Part shown: piece after piece, positions 42,893-52,065 of the stretch
Layout: every line of letters starts with the position of its first letter
How positions within the stretch are numbered: position 1 is the first letter of the stretch
Source of the DNA: Bryobacterales bacterium
GTDB taxonomy: Bacteria > Acidobacteriota > Terriglobia > Bryobacterales > Bryobacteraceae
Assembly: GCA_963794265.1 (NCBI GenBank)
Contig: CAWCDJ010000007.1
Coordinates: 478,846 to 542,845, forward strand
Direction of reading: 5' to 3'
DNA length: 64,000 bases
Notes under the pieces: model-generated
Told to the model about the DNA's origin: nothing
Seen by the model: only the letters and a program-made list of their open reading frames with translations
Database searches by the model: none
Made by a program: the position numbers and the translations under genes

Positions 42893-44814
42893 GTGCCTCC
42901 GTACAGATCGGCAATGCCCTCGAATCCGAGGCGGGGCAGGCGATGCGCCGCGCCGCCTCATACCTCGCCTCCCGGCAGGCTTCCGACGGCCACTGGTGCG
43001 CCGAGCTGACTGCCGATACGACCCTCGAAGCCGATTACATCCTGTTTCAGCTCTGGCTCCATCCGCCGGTCGACGGCAACTGGCAGCCCGCCACCCGGTC
43101 GCTGATCGACAAGGCGGTGCGCTCGATTCTCGACCGGCAACTTTCCGACGGCGGCTTTAACATCTATGTCCGGGGACCGTCGGAAGTCAGCGCCTCGATC
43201 AAAGCCTACGTGGCGTTGAAACTGGCCGGCCTCCCGGTCGAAGATCCGCGCATGGCGCTCCTGCGCTCCCGTATTCTGGAACTGGGAGGAATACAGGCCG
43301 CCAACAGCTACGTCAAGGTCAACCTCAGCCTCTTCGACCTCTACCCGCGGCAATATTGCCCGAGCATCCCGCCGGAGGTCGTGCTGCTGCCCTGGAATTT
43401 TCTATACCAGATGTCGTCGTGGACGCGAGCCATCGTGGTCTCGCTGTCGATCGTCCACAGCGTCAACCCGCGCAAGCCGGTGCCGGCCGGATTCACGCTC
43501 GACGAACTCTGGCTTCCCGGCGTCAGCCCGGCGTTCCACAGGGACCGGCGGACCTTCACCTGGCACAACTTTTTCCTCGCCACGGACCGGCTGCTCAAAT
43601 GGTGGGAGCGTTGCGGCTCGCGCGTGCTGCGCCGCAAGGCCTTTGCCCGCGCCAAAGAGTGGATGGTCGAGCGGCTCCAGCACTCCGATGGTCTGGGCGC
43701 CATCTATCCGCCGATGATGTATTCGGTGATGGCGCTCGATTCGCTCGGCGTCGCCCCCGGCGACCCGCTGCGCGTCGAGGCCCTCAAGCAGTTCGATAAC
43801 CTGATGGTAGACGACGGCGAGCGCTTCTTCTTCCAGCCCTGCTTCTCGCCCGTCTGGGACACCGCGATCGGCGCGTACGCCCTGGCCGAGAGCGACCCGC
43901 GGCACCGGGCGCTCGGCGGCGCAGCGGATTGGCTGCTGGCGCGCGAGGTGCGGCGAAAGGGCGACTGGTCCGTCAAGCGTCCTTCAATCGAGCCCTCCGG
44001 CTGGGCCTTCGAGTATCGCAACGAGTTCTACCCCGATATCGACGATACGGCGATGGCGGTGCTCGCGCTGAGCGAAGCGCGCGGTTCCGACGCCGCGGCG
44101 CAGGGAGCGTGCCAAAAGCGCGCTCTCGCCTGGCTGCTGGCCATGCAATCGAGTGATGGCGGATGGGCCGCCTTCGACGCCGATAACAATTGGAATTTCC
44201 TCAGCAATGTGCCGTTCGCCGACCACAACGCCATGCTCGACCCCACCTGCCCGGATATCACCGGCCGTGTGCTCGAAGCATTGGCCGCGCAGGGGCTCGA
44301 CCGCAACCACCAGGCGGTCCAGCGCGGCGTCGAATGGCTCGTTCGCAATCAGCAGCCGGACGGCAGTTGGTACGGCCGCTGGGGCGTGGCTTACATTTAT
44401 GGCACGTGTTTCGCGCTGCGCGGCCTGGCCGCTTCCGGCGAAGACGACCGCGAAGCTCACGTGCTGCGTGCCGGAGAGTGGCTGCGCTCCATTCAGAACG
44501 CCGACGGCGGCTGGGGTGAAAGCTGCGCCAGCTACGATCGTGGAATCTTCACCGGAGGGCCCAGTACGCCCTCGCAAACGGCTTGGGCGATCCTCGGCCT
44601 CATCGCCGGGGGCGACGCCAACAGCCTCAGCGTGCAACACGGAATCGATTACCTGCTCGAAACCCAACGCCCCGACGGCAGTTGGGAGGAAGAGTTGGCC
44701 ACCGGGACCGGCTTTCCCAGGGTTTTCTATCTCAACTACCACTTGTACAAGGACTACTTCCCCCTACTCGCGCTTTCTTCGTTCGTGAAGGCCGGCGCGA
44801 ACTCGAACGGATAG
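42889..44814 (+). CDS. shc: squalene-hopene cyclase
   Basis: DxDDTA catalytic motif (YPDIDDTAMAV). Multiple QW repeats (QQPDGSWYGRWG, QNADGGWGE, QRPDGSWEE). ATG 42889 overlaps the ispH TGA (ATGA). Confidence 0.95.
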   Translation: MSASVQIGNALESEAGQAMRRAASYLASRQASDGHWCAELTADTTLEADYILFQLWLHPPVDGNWQPATRSLIDKAVRSILDRQLSDGGFNIYVRGPSEVSASIKAYVALKLAGLPVEDPRMALLRSRILELGGIQAANSYVKVNLSLFDLYPRQYCPSIPPEVVLLPWNFLYQMSSWTRAIVVSLSIVHSVNPRKPVPAGFTLDELWLPGVSPAFHRDRRTFTWHNFFLATDRLLKWWERCGSRVLRRKAFARAKEWMVERLQHSDGLGAIYPPMMYSVMALDSLGVAPGDPLRVEALKQFDNLMVDDGERFFFQPCFSPVWDTAIGAYALAESDPRHRALGGAADWLLAREVRRKGDWSVKRPSIEPSGWAFEYRNEFYPDIDDTAMAVLALSEARGSDAAAQGACQKRALAWLLAMQSSDGGWAAFDADNNWNFLSNVPFADHNAMLDPTCPDITGRVLEALAAQGLDRNHQAVQRGVEWLVRNQQPDGSWYGRWGVAYIYGTCFALRGLAASGEDDREAHVLRAGEWLRSIQNADGGWGESCASYDRGIFTGGPSTPSQTAWAILGLIAGGDANSLSVQHGIDYLLETQRPDGSWEEELATGTGFPRVFYLNYHLYKDYFPLLALSSFVKAGANSNG

Positions 44815-44817
44815 CCT

Positions 44818-45924
44818 ATGAAATTCCCTATCGCGATGACTGCCGGCCTGGCCGGATACATCTTCAAGAACAAAATGCGGCCCCGTCCGGAGTGGCAGAA
44901 GAACGCCGCCCCGGCCGCGGACACTGCCAACCCCTTCCGCATCCTGCCTCCAAAAACCGGCGAGAAGCGGCAGCCTCATCCGATGATCAACAAGCGGTTC
45001 CCCATCGTCCTGATGCTCGAGCCGCTGCACGCCTGCAATCTCACCTGCACCGGCTGCGGCCGGATCCGCGAGTACGAATCCACCATCACCGAGCGCGTGC
45101 CGCTCGAAGAGTGCCTGGCGGCGGTGGATGAGTGCGGCGCGCCCATCGTCTCCATCTGCGGCGGAGAGCCGATGATGTACCCGCAGATCGGCGAGCTGAC
45201 CGCCGGAATCCTCGAGCGCAACCGCCACATCTACCTCTGCACCAACGGCATGTTCATCAAGAAGCGCCTGCGTGAGTTTAAGCCCGACCCGCGCTTCTAC
45301 TTCAACGTGCACCTCGACGGCATGGAGAAGAACCACGACATCGCCGTGGAGAAGGAAGGCGTGTTCCAGGCCGCGGTCGAAGGAATCCGCCTCGCCAAGG
45401 CCGCCGGCTTCCAGGTCTGCACCAACACAACCGTCTACAAAGAGACCGACATGCGCGAAATCGAGGAGCTCTTCGAGTTCCTCAAGCAGTTCCACGTGGA
45501 CGGCCACCAGATCGCGCCCGCCTACGGCTACTCGGCCGTGGACGATCGTGAGATCTTCATGACCCGCGAAGACATCCACGAGAAGTTCAAGGATATCGAC
45601 CGCCTCGCGAAGAAGTACGCCATCCGCCAGACGCCGGTCTACCTGGATTTCCTCAAGGGCGAGCGGGAACTTCCCTGCACAGCCTGGGGCAACCCGACCT
45701 ACAACATCAAGGGCTGGAAAGGCCCGTGCTACCTGATCACCGACGGGCACTACAAAGCGTTTGAGGACCTCATGACCCAAACGCCCTGGGAAAGCTACGG
45801 CAAGGGCAACGACCCGCGCTGCGAGCATTGCATGGTGCATTGCGGTTTCGAGCCCTCCGCCGCCCTGGGCATCAACGTCGGCCTGGCCGACAACCTGAAG
45901 ATGCTGGCATGGACGCTGCGCTAG
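44818..45924 (+). CDS. hpnH: adenosyl-hopene transferase (radical SAM)
   Basis: Begins 3 nt after the shc stop. Radical SAM motif LHACNLTCTGCGRIREY. HpnH-like length and C-terminal Cys cluster (CEHCMVHCG). Confidence 0.9.
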   Translation: MKFPIAMTAGLAGYIFKNKMRPRPEWQKNAAPAADTANPFRILPPKTGEKRQPHPMINKRFPIVLMLEPLHACNLTCTGCGRIREYESTITERVPLEECLAAVDECGAPIVSICGGEPMMYPQIGELTAGILERNRHIYLCTNGMFIKKRLREFKPDPRFYFNVHLDGMEKNHDIAVEKEGVFQAAVEGIRLAKAAGFQVCTNTTVYKETDMREIEELFEFLKQFHVDGHQIAPAYGYSAVDDREIFMTREDIHEKFKDIDRLAKKYAIRQTPVYLDFLKGERELPCTAWGNPTYNIKGWKGPCYLITDGHYKAFEDLMTQTPWESYGKGNDPRCEHCMVHCGFEPSAALGINVGLADNLKMLAWTLR

Positions 45925-46027
45925 ATCTTTTCACCGCCGAGACGCCGAGGCGCCGGGAAGGCCATCGTCTCGACGATGAATCCCACGGAGCCGCTACCGT
46001 CAGGGAGCGGGCCGGGCAGGCCGGCGG

Positions 46028-47020
46028 ATGAAACCCGTCCTGGTCACCGGCGCCTCCGGCTTTCTCGGTTGGCACGTGGCGCGCGCCCTGGTCGAGCGCG
46101 GCTACTCCGTGCGGGCGCTGGTGCGCCCCGGCAGCCGCGTGGAAGAGTTGCCCGTCGAGCGGGCTACGGGCGACCTCCGCGACCTCTCTTCGCTCGAACG
46201 CGCCGCCGCCGGCTGCGGCCTGCTGTTCCACGTGGCCGCCGATTACCGGCTCTGGTCGAAGGACCCCGGTCAACTCTACCGCTCGAATGTCGAAGGCACC
46301 CGCAATCTGCTCGAGGCCGCCCGCGGCGCCGGAATCGAGCGCATGGTCTACACCAGCACGGTAGGCTGCATCGGCATCCCGCACGGCGGACTGGGTGACG
46401 AGACCACCCCCGTGACGCTTGCCGATATGGCCGGCGACTACAAGCGCTCGAAGTTTCTGGCCGAGCAGGTCGTTCTGGAATTCGCCCGGGGCGGCTTCCC
46501 CGTGGTCATCGTCAACCCCACCGCTCCCATCGGCGACCACGACGTCAAGCCCACCCCCACCGGCAAGATCGTGCTCGACTTCCTGAATGGCGACATGCCC
46601 GCCTTCATCGACACCGGGCTGAACGTGGTGGACGTGCGCGACACCGCCGAAGGACACCTGCTGGCATGTGAGCGCGGCAGGGCGGGGGAGCGATACATTC
46701 TCGGATCGGAGAACCTTACCCTGGAACAGATTCTCGGCCGGCTGGCTGAAATTACCGGCCGCAAACCGCCGCGCCTGAAGCTGCCCTACGCCGTCGCCTG
46801 GTGCGCCGGGGCCTGCAGTACAGCCTGGGCCGGATTCACGGGCACGCCGCCGCGCGTGCCTATGGAAGGCGTCCGCATGGCGCGAAAGAAGATGTGGGTG
46901 ACGCACGAAAAGGCGCGCCGCGAACTCGGCTTTGAACCCGGGCCCGCGCGCACCGCGCTGGCTCGTGCCGTCCAATGGTTTCAGGGGCGCGGCAGCCTGG
47001 CTCGCGTCCCCGCCGCTTGA
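46028..47020 (+). CDS. hpnA: hopanoid-associated sugar epimerase-like SDR
   Basis: MKPVLVTGASGFLGWHVARAL Rossmann motif, YKRSK catalytic pair, and a position between hpnH and hpnG. Confidence 0.8.
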   Translation: MKPVLVTGASGFLGWHVARALVERGYSVRALVRPGSRVEELPVERATGDLRDLSSLERAAAGCGLLFHVAADYRLWSKDPGQLYRSNVEGTRNLLEAARGAGIERMVYTSTVGCIGIPHGGLGDETTPVTLADMAGDYKRSKFLAEQVVLEFARGGFPVVIVNPTAPIGDHDVKPTPTGKIVLDFLNGDMPAFIDTGLNVVDVRDTAEGHLLACERGRAGERYILGSENLTLEQILGRLAEITGRKPPRLKLPYAVAWCAGACSTAWAGFTGTPPRVPMEGVRMARKKMWVTHEKARRELGFEPGPARTALARAVQWFQGRGSLARVPAA

Positions 47021-47716
47021 ATGAGGCTCTTATTCGTGGCTTCCGACCCCATGGAGTTTCGCGGAATTCTCTCGCGCGCCAATGACGTGCACCCCCTGCC
47101 TCTGGGCATCGATTGGGCGCGCGCCGGGACGCTCGGAACTCATGAGGCCGTTTTCGCCGCCAACGGGGTAGGACGCAAGCGGGCCGCCGCCGCGGTGGAT
47201 GCTCCGCTCTCCCGGTGGCGTCCCGATATGATTGTGAGCACTGGATTTTGCGGCGCTCTGGAGGAAAGCCTGAAGGTCGCCGAAATCGTGGTGGGCACGG
47301 AAGTGGTGGCGTCCGAAGGTTGCTGGCCGGCCGTGCCGGTATCGTCCGCAGTACCCTTCCGAACGGGAGTGGTGGCCTCGGTGGACCGTGTAGCGCGTAC
47401 GGTCGCCCAAAAGCGGGAGTTGCGCCGCTCCGGCGCCGCGGTCGTCGAGATGGAAGCCGCCGGGGTCGCCGAGCGCGCCGAATTCCTCCGCATCCCGTTC
47501 CAATGTGTACGCGTTGTCACCGATCTCGCTGACGAAATTATGGCGAATGACTTCGATAGCGCACTGCGCCCCGACGGGCACTTCGCTACAATGCATATTT
47601 TACTGGGAGCCCTGCGCCAGCCAACTGTCCGGTTCCCGGAATTGCTGCGGCTTAGACGCCGCTCGATCCGGGCCGCCCGGGGTTTGGGGGATTTCATTGC
47701 CGACTGCCAATTCTAG
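47021..47716 (+). CDS. hpnG: hopanoid-associated phosphorylase/nucleosidase (adenosylhopane nucleosidase)
   Basis: Abuts the hpnA stop. PNP_UDP_1/MTA-nucleosidase-like blocks (STGFCGAL, VVEMEAAGVA, VRVVTDLAD). Confidence 0.8.
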   Translation: MRLLFVASDPMEFRGILSRANDVHPLPLGIDWARAGTLGTHEAVFAANGVGRKRAAAAVDAPLSRWRPDMIVSTGFCGALEESLKVAEIVVGTEVVASEGCWPAVPVSSAVPFRTGVVASVDRVARTVAQKRELRRSGAAVVEMEAAGVAERAEFLRIPFQCVRVVTDLADEIMANDFDSALRPDGHFATMHILLGALRQPTVRFPELLRLRRRSIRAARGLGDFIADCQF

Positions 47717-47738
47717 CTCGACCGCCATTCCCGAAACC

Positions 47739-48794
47739 ATGCGCGCTGCCGTCTATCGCGGCCAAAGCATTGTGACTGTCGAAGAGGTCCCCACCCCCGT
47801 GATTCTTCCTGGGGAGCTTCTGATTCGCGTGGAAGCCTGCGGGATCTGCCACACCGACCTGAAGAAGATCGAGCACAATCTGCTCGCCCCGCCGCGCATC
47901 TACGGCCACGAGACCGCCGGGGTGGTGGTCGCGGCCGGACAGGGTGTTTCTCGGTTCCGTCCCGGAGATCGCGTGCTGGCGTTTCATCACATCCCCTGCC
48001 AGAACTGTTTTTACTGCAGCCGGAAGCTGTACGCCCAGTGTCCCGTGTACAAGACGGTCGGAATCACCGCCGGGTTTGAACCCGCGGGCGGAGGTTTTGC
48101 TCAGTACGTACGGGTGATGCCCTGGATCGTCGAGCGTGGGGTCGAGAAGATTCCCGATGGCATCTCCTACGATCGAGCCACCCTGGTGGAGCCGCTGAAC
48201 ACCTGCCTTAAAGCGGTGGTGCAGTGCGACCCGCAGCCGGAAGACGTGTTGGTCGTCATGGGCCAGGGTCCTATCGGCCTCATGTTCACGATGCTGGCGC
48301 GGCGTACGGGCGCGCGGGTCGCCGCCACCGATACGATCGCCGAGCGGCGCGCGCTTTCCGCCCGCTGCGGCGCCGAATTCAGCTGGGATCCCCGTGCCGT
48401 CGACGTGCCTGCCGAAGTGAAGCGGCTGACCGGGGGCCGCGGCGCCGATCTCGTGATCGTGGCGGTTTCCGCCCCGGGAATCGTCGGGCAGGCCCTCGCC
48501 TGCTCCCGCCCGGGCGCCCGCATACTCCTCTTCGCCCAGACCTCCGCCGCCGAAAGAATCGAGACCACCGGGGCCGATCTGGTTGCCGGCGAACGCACCC
48601 TGTTCGGGTGCTATAGCGCTTCAGTGGATCTTCAGGCCGAATCCGCGCGTCTTGCCTTTAGCGGGGAGTTGCCTGTGGAAGAATTGATTTCGCACCGGTT
48701 CCCTTTAGTTAAAATCCGTTCAGGTTTTGATTTGGCATTGCATCCAGGACCTAAATCGTTGAAAATAATCGTTCAGCCACAGAGGTGGTCATAG
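47739..48794 (+). CDS. zinc-dependent medium-chain alcohol/polyol dehydrogenase (MDR) 1
   Basis: ATG 47739 lies 22 nt after the hpnG stop. Catalytic Zn ligands CGICHTD and GHETAG. Structural Zn loop CQNCFYCSRKLYAQC. Rossmann motif VMGQGPIGLM. The ORF-track start 47505 overlaps hpnG. Confidence 0.85.
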   Translation: MRAAVYRGQSIVTVEEVPTPVILPGELLIRVEACGICHTDLKKIEHNLLAPPRIYGHETAGVVVAAGQGVSRFRPGDRVLAFHHIPCQNCFYCSRKLYAQCPVYKTVGITAGFEPAGGGFAQYVRVMPWIVERGVEKIPDGISYDRATLVEPLNTCLKAVVQCDPQPEDVLVVMGQGPIGLMFTMLARRTGARVAATDTIAERRALSARCGAEFSWDPRAVDVPAEVKRLTGGRGADLVIVAVSAPGIVGQALACSRPGARILLFAQTSAAERIETTGADLVAGERTLFGCYSASVDLQAESARLAFSGELPVEELISHRFPLVKIRSGFDLALHPGPKSLKIIVQPQRWS

Positions 48795-49834
48795 TGAACA
48801 ACCACATGATGGCTGCCGTGCTTTACGGCAAGGAACACTTGCAGGTTGAGCCGGTAGCAGTTCCTGAAATTGAAACTGGAGACATCCTCGTACGAGTGAA
48901 AGTGGCGCTGACCTGCGGCACCGACGTGAAGGTGTTCCGCAGAGGGTATCATGCTCGGATGATCGTACCCCCAGCTGTGTTCGGGCACGAACTGGCCGGC
49001 GATGTTGTCGCGGTAGGCGAGGATGTTGCGAGGTTTTCGGTGGGACAACGGGTGGTGGCAGCCAACTCCGCGCCCTGCGGATCGTGCTTCTTTTGTGCCC
49101 GCAACCTCGAAAACCTCTGCGAGGATCTCCTGTTCAACAACGGAGCCTACGCCGAATACATCCGGATTCCCGCCCGCATCGTCGAGCGCAACACCTACCT
49201 GATTCCGCCCCAGGTCGGCTATCACGATGCCGCACTGGTGGAGCCCCTCGCCTGCGTGGTGCGCGGCTTTGAGGAGACCGCTCCCAGGCCGGACGACAAC
49301 ATCGCGATCATCGGCCTCGGTCCCATTGGCCTGATGTTCGTGAAGCTAGCCAAACTGCGGGGCTGTCGCGTCATCGCGGTCGGCCGCCGCCGGACGCAAC
49401 TGGAACGAGCCGCCATGCTGGGCGCCGATGAATTGATCGTCGCCCGTGACGAATCGGACCCGGTTAAGGCCGTTCGCGACCTCACCCACGGCCGCGGGGT
49501 GGATGTCGCTATCGAGGCTGTCGGCAAGCCCGAAACCTGGGAATGGGCCGCCAACATGGTCCGCCGCGGCGGCACGGTCAATTTCTTCGGGGGCTGCCCG
49601 AACGACAGCGCGGTGCGCCTCGATACGTCGCTGCTGCACTATTCCGAGATCACCTGCAAGGCCAGCTTTCACCATACGCCGGCCTACATCCGGAAGGCGC
49701 TGGACCTGGTCTCGGCGGGGCACATCACCGCCGGCTTCTTCGTGAATCGCGAGGAGCCCCTGGCCAATCTTCTGGAAGTGATGCGCCACCTGATGAGCCA
49801 CAACGGGCATCTCAAAACGGCTATCGTTCCGTAG
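48785..49834 (+). CDS. zinc-dependent medium-chain alcohol/polyol dehydrogenase (MDR) 2
   Basis: GTG 48785 overlaps the upstream stop by 10 nt (alternative ATG 48806). CGTD and GHELAG catalytic Zn motifs. Structural Zn loop CGSCFFCARNLENLC. Rossmann motif IIGLGPIGLM. Confidence 0.85.
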   Translation: MVIVNNHMMAAVLYGKEHLQVEPVAVPEIETGDILVRVKVALTCGTDVKVFRRGYHARMIVPPAVFGHELAGDVVAVGEDVARFSVGQRVVAANSAPCGSCFFCARNLENLCEDLLFNNGAYAEYIRIPARIVERNTYLIPPQVGYHDAALVEPLACVVRGFEETAPRPDDNIAIIGLGPIGLMFVKLAKLRGCRVIAVGRRRTQLERAAMLGADELIVARDESDPVKAVRDLTHGRGVDVAIEAVGKPETWEWAANMVRRGGTVNFFGGCPNDSAVRLDTSLLHYSEITCKASFHHTPAYIRKALDLVSAGHITAGFFVNREEPLANLLEVMRHLMSHNGHLKTAIVP

Positions 49835-49868
49835 CTTCCGGGCCGGTCCGCCGGCCCTTTTGCCCCAC

Positions 49869-50783
49869 ATGCCGCTCGCCCCCGCCGAGTTCGTTCGTTC
49901 CATCCAGGCTCTTCGAAAGCCGTATTCTCTCGAAGAAGCCCAGGCCTATACGCGCTGGCTGGCCACGCACCACTACGAGAATTTCCACGTGGTGAGCTTC
50001 CTGCTGCCCAAGCGCCTGCACCAGGATTTCTACAACGTCTACTCCTACTGCCGGTGGGCCGACGATCTCGGCGACGAGATCGGCGATAAAGCTGAAAGCC
50101 TGCGCCTTCTCGAGTGGTGGGGCCGCGAACTCGATGCCATGTACGAGGGCCGCGCCACGCACCCTGTCTTCGTGGCGCTTCTCCCCACCGTGCGGAAATA
50201 CGAAATTCCCCGCCGGCCGTTCGCCGACCTCGTCGCCGCGTTCGTGCAGGATCAGCAGGTTAGCCGCTACCGCGACTGGGACGAGCTTTTCGGCTATTGC
50301 CGCTGCTCGGCCAACCCCGTGGGGCGCCTGGTGCTCTACCTCTGCGGCTATTCGGACGACGCCCGCCAGAGCCTCTCCGACTCCACCTGCACCGCCCTGC
50401 AACTCGCCAACTTCTGGCAGGACGTCACGGTCGACCTGCTCAAGGACCGCATCTACATTCCACTCGAAATCATGGAGCGGCACGGTTACACTGTGGAAGA
50501 GTTGTTCTCACACCGTTTCACGCCCGCCTTCCGCGAGGTCATGCGGGAAATCGTGACCAAGGCGCGGGAACTGTTCCTCAAGGGGCTGCCTCTCGCGGCC
50601 ATGGTGGATCGCCGTCTCGCGCTCGATATCGACCTCTTCAGCCGCGGCGGCATGCGCGTGCTCGAAAAAATCGAGCGCCAGGGCTACGACGTGCTGGCCG
50701 CCCGCCCGGCCATCTCCAAAGCCGAACGCGTCAGCCTGCTGTTCTCATCGCTGGTGCGGGTGGCGCTCCGGCGGGCGGCGTGA
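49869..50783 (+). CDS. hpnC: hydroxysqualene synthase (squalene synthase HpnC)
   Basis: ATG 49869 (TTG 49860 in the ORF track). Squalene/phytoene synthase fold with YENFHVVSFLLPKRLHQDFYNVYSYCRWADDLGDE and FWQDVTVD. Confidence 0.9.
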   Translation: MPLAPAEFVRSIQALRKPYSLEEAQAYTRWLATHHYENFHVVSFLLPKRLHQDFYNVYSYCRWADDLGDEIGDKAESLRLLEWWGRELDAMYEGRATHPVFVALLPTVRKYEIPRRPFADLVAAFVQDQQVSRYRDWDELFGYCRCSANPVGRLVLYLCGYSDDARQSLSDSTCTALQLANFWQDVTVDLLKDRIYIPLEIMERHGYTVEELFSHRFTPAFREVMREIVTKARELFLKGLPLAAMVDRRLALDIDLFSRGGMRVLEKIERQGYDVLAARPAISKAERVSLLFSSLVRVALRRAA

Positions 50784-51619
50784 TGGTCTCGATCGAGCAA
50801 TCCTACGATTACTGCCGGCGGGTCGCCCGGAGCCGCGCCCGGAACTTCTACTACTCGTTTCTGCTGCTCTCCCGGCAGCAGCGCAAGGCCATGTGCGCCA
50901 TATACGCCTTCATGCGCTACTGCGACGACCTCAGCGACGACCCGGGTGCTTCGCGCGCCGCGATCGACCGCTGGAGCGCCGAAATGGAGGAGGCACTCGA
51001 AGGCCGTTTCAGCGATCATCCGGTGTGGCCGGCTTTCCACCACACCGTGCGCCGCTTCGGCATCCCCCACCAGTATTTTCGCGAAATGATCGCGGGCGTC
51101 GCCTCCGACCTCGAACCGCGCCAGATGCAGACCTTCGACGAGCTCTACCACTACTGCTACCAGGTGGCTTCAGTCGTCGGCCTGACCATCATCCATATTT
51201 TCGGATTCGATACGCCCAGCGCGCTGCCGCTGGCCGAGAAGTGCGGCGTGGCGTTTCAACTGACCAATATCCTGCGCGATATTGGGGAAGACGCCGAGCG
51301 CTGCCGCATTTACCTTCCGGCCGAGGATCTGGAGCGCTTCGGGGTCAGCCCCGGCGATCTGCAGCAGGGCCTCCGCACCGACCGCGTGCTCGGCCTCCTG
51401 AAGTTCGAAGCCGGCCGCGCCCGCCAGTATTACGATGAATCGCAGCCGCTGCTCGACCTGATCCATCCGCGCAGCCGCCCCTCGCTGTGGGCGCTGATTT
51501 CGATCTATTCCGCGCTTCTCGACCGGATCGTCGGCGTGGATTACGACGTTTTTACGCGCCGCGTCCGCCTGTCACCGCTCGCAAAATCGTGGATCGTCGT
51601 GCGCGCCCTGGTGGGCTGA
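50783..51619 (+). CDS. hpnD: presqualene diphosphate synthase
   Basis: ATG 50783 overlaps the hpnC TGA by 1 nt. SYDYCRRVARSRARNFYYSFLLL, AIYAFMRYCDDLSDD and LTNILRDIGEDA motifs. The ORF-track start 50297 is an out-of-context extension inside hpnC. Confidence 0.9.
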   Translation: MVSIEQSYDYCRRVARSRARNFYYSFLLLSRQQRKAMCAIYAFMRYCDDLSDDPGASRAAIDRWSAEMEEALEGRFSDHPVWPAFHHTVRRFGIPHQYFREMIAGVASDLEPRQMQTFDELYHYCYQVASVVGLTIIHIFGFDTPSALPLAEKCGVAFQLTNILRDIGEDAERCRIYLPAEDLERFGVSPGDLQQGLRTDRVLGLLKFEAGRARQYYDESQPLLDLIHPRSRPSLWALISIYSALLDRIVGVDYDVFTRRVRLSPLAKSWIVVRALVG

Positions 51620-51624
51620 AGAAT

Positions 51625-51873
51625 TCACTCCCCAATCAGGCTCATCTGCCTCGGGTCGTGCTCCGGAACCTTCACCGGGGGGCGCTCCAGGTCGTCATGT
51701 TTCGGATCGAACCTCCGGATGAGCTGATTGAGCTTGAGCGAGGATTCCCAAATGTCGCACAAGAGCCCACATCGCAGGCATCCAGCGACAATACCACCGC
51801 GCCCGTCGATAGCGGGATTGTACCGTTTGTGCCTGGCGCAACGGCCGTCGAACTTGCGGGCGCGAATTTTCAA
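51625..51873 (-). CDS. hypothetical Cys-rich small protein (uncertain)
   Basis: 82-codon ORF with only a TTG start and no SD, but GC-rich third codon positions as in real genes here. It contains CARH...CLRCGLLC. It lies in the same frame as tatA, separated from it by TAA plus 6 codons. Confidence 0.25.
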   Translation of the reverse strand: MKIRARKFDGRCARHKRYNPAIDGRGGIVAGCLRCGLLCDIWESSLKLNQLIRRFDPKHDDLERPPVKVPEHDPRQMSLIGE

Positions 51874-51891
51874 AGCAGCGTGTTCAGTAGT

Positions 51892-52065
51892 TTAGACTTT
51901 TTCGACTTCGTTCTTTACTTCTTCTACTTCGCCCTTGAGTGATGTCTTGAAATTGCGAATGCCTTCTCCGAGGCCTTTTGCCAATTCCGGTATTTTCTTG
52001 GTGCCGAACAAAAGCACGAAAACCAAGCCGATGACCAGCAGTTCCGGCCAACCGAGGGTATCCAT
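51892..52065 (-). CDS. tatA: twin-arginine translocase subunit TatA/E
   Basis: Hand translation of the minus strand gives [57 protein letters not shown] (57 aa), which is the canonical TatA TM helix, FG hinge and amphipathic helix. GAAGGAG lies 6-7 nt upstream. It falls below the length cutoff of the ORF track. Confidence 0.9.
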   Translation of the reverse strand: MDTLGWPELLVIGLVFVLLFGTKKIPELAKGLGEGIRNFKTSLKGEVEEVKNEVEKV

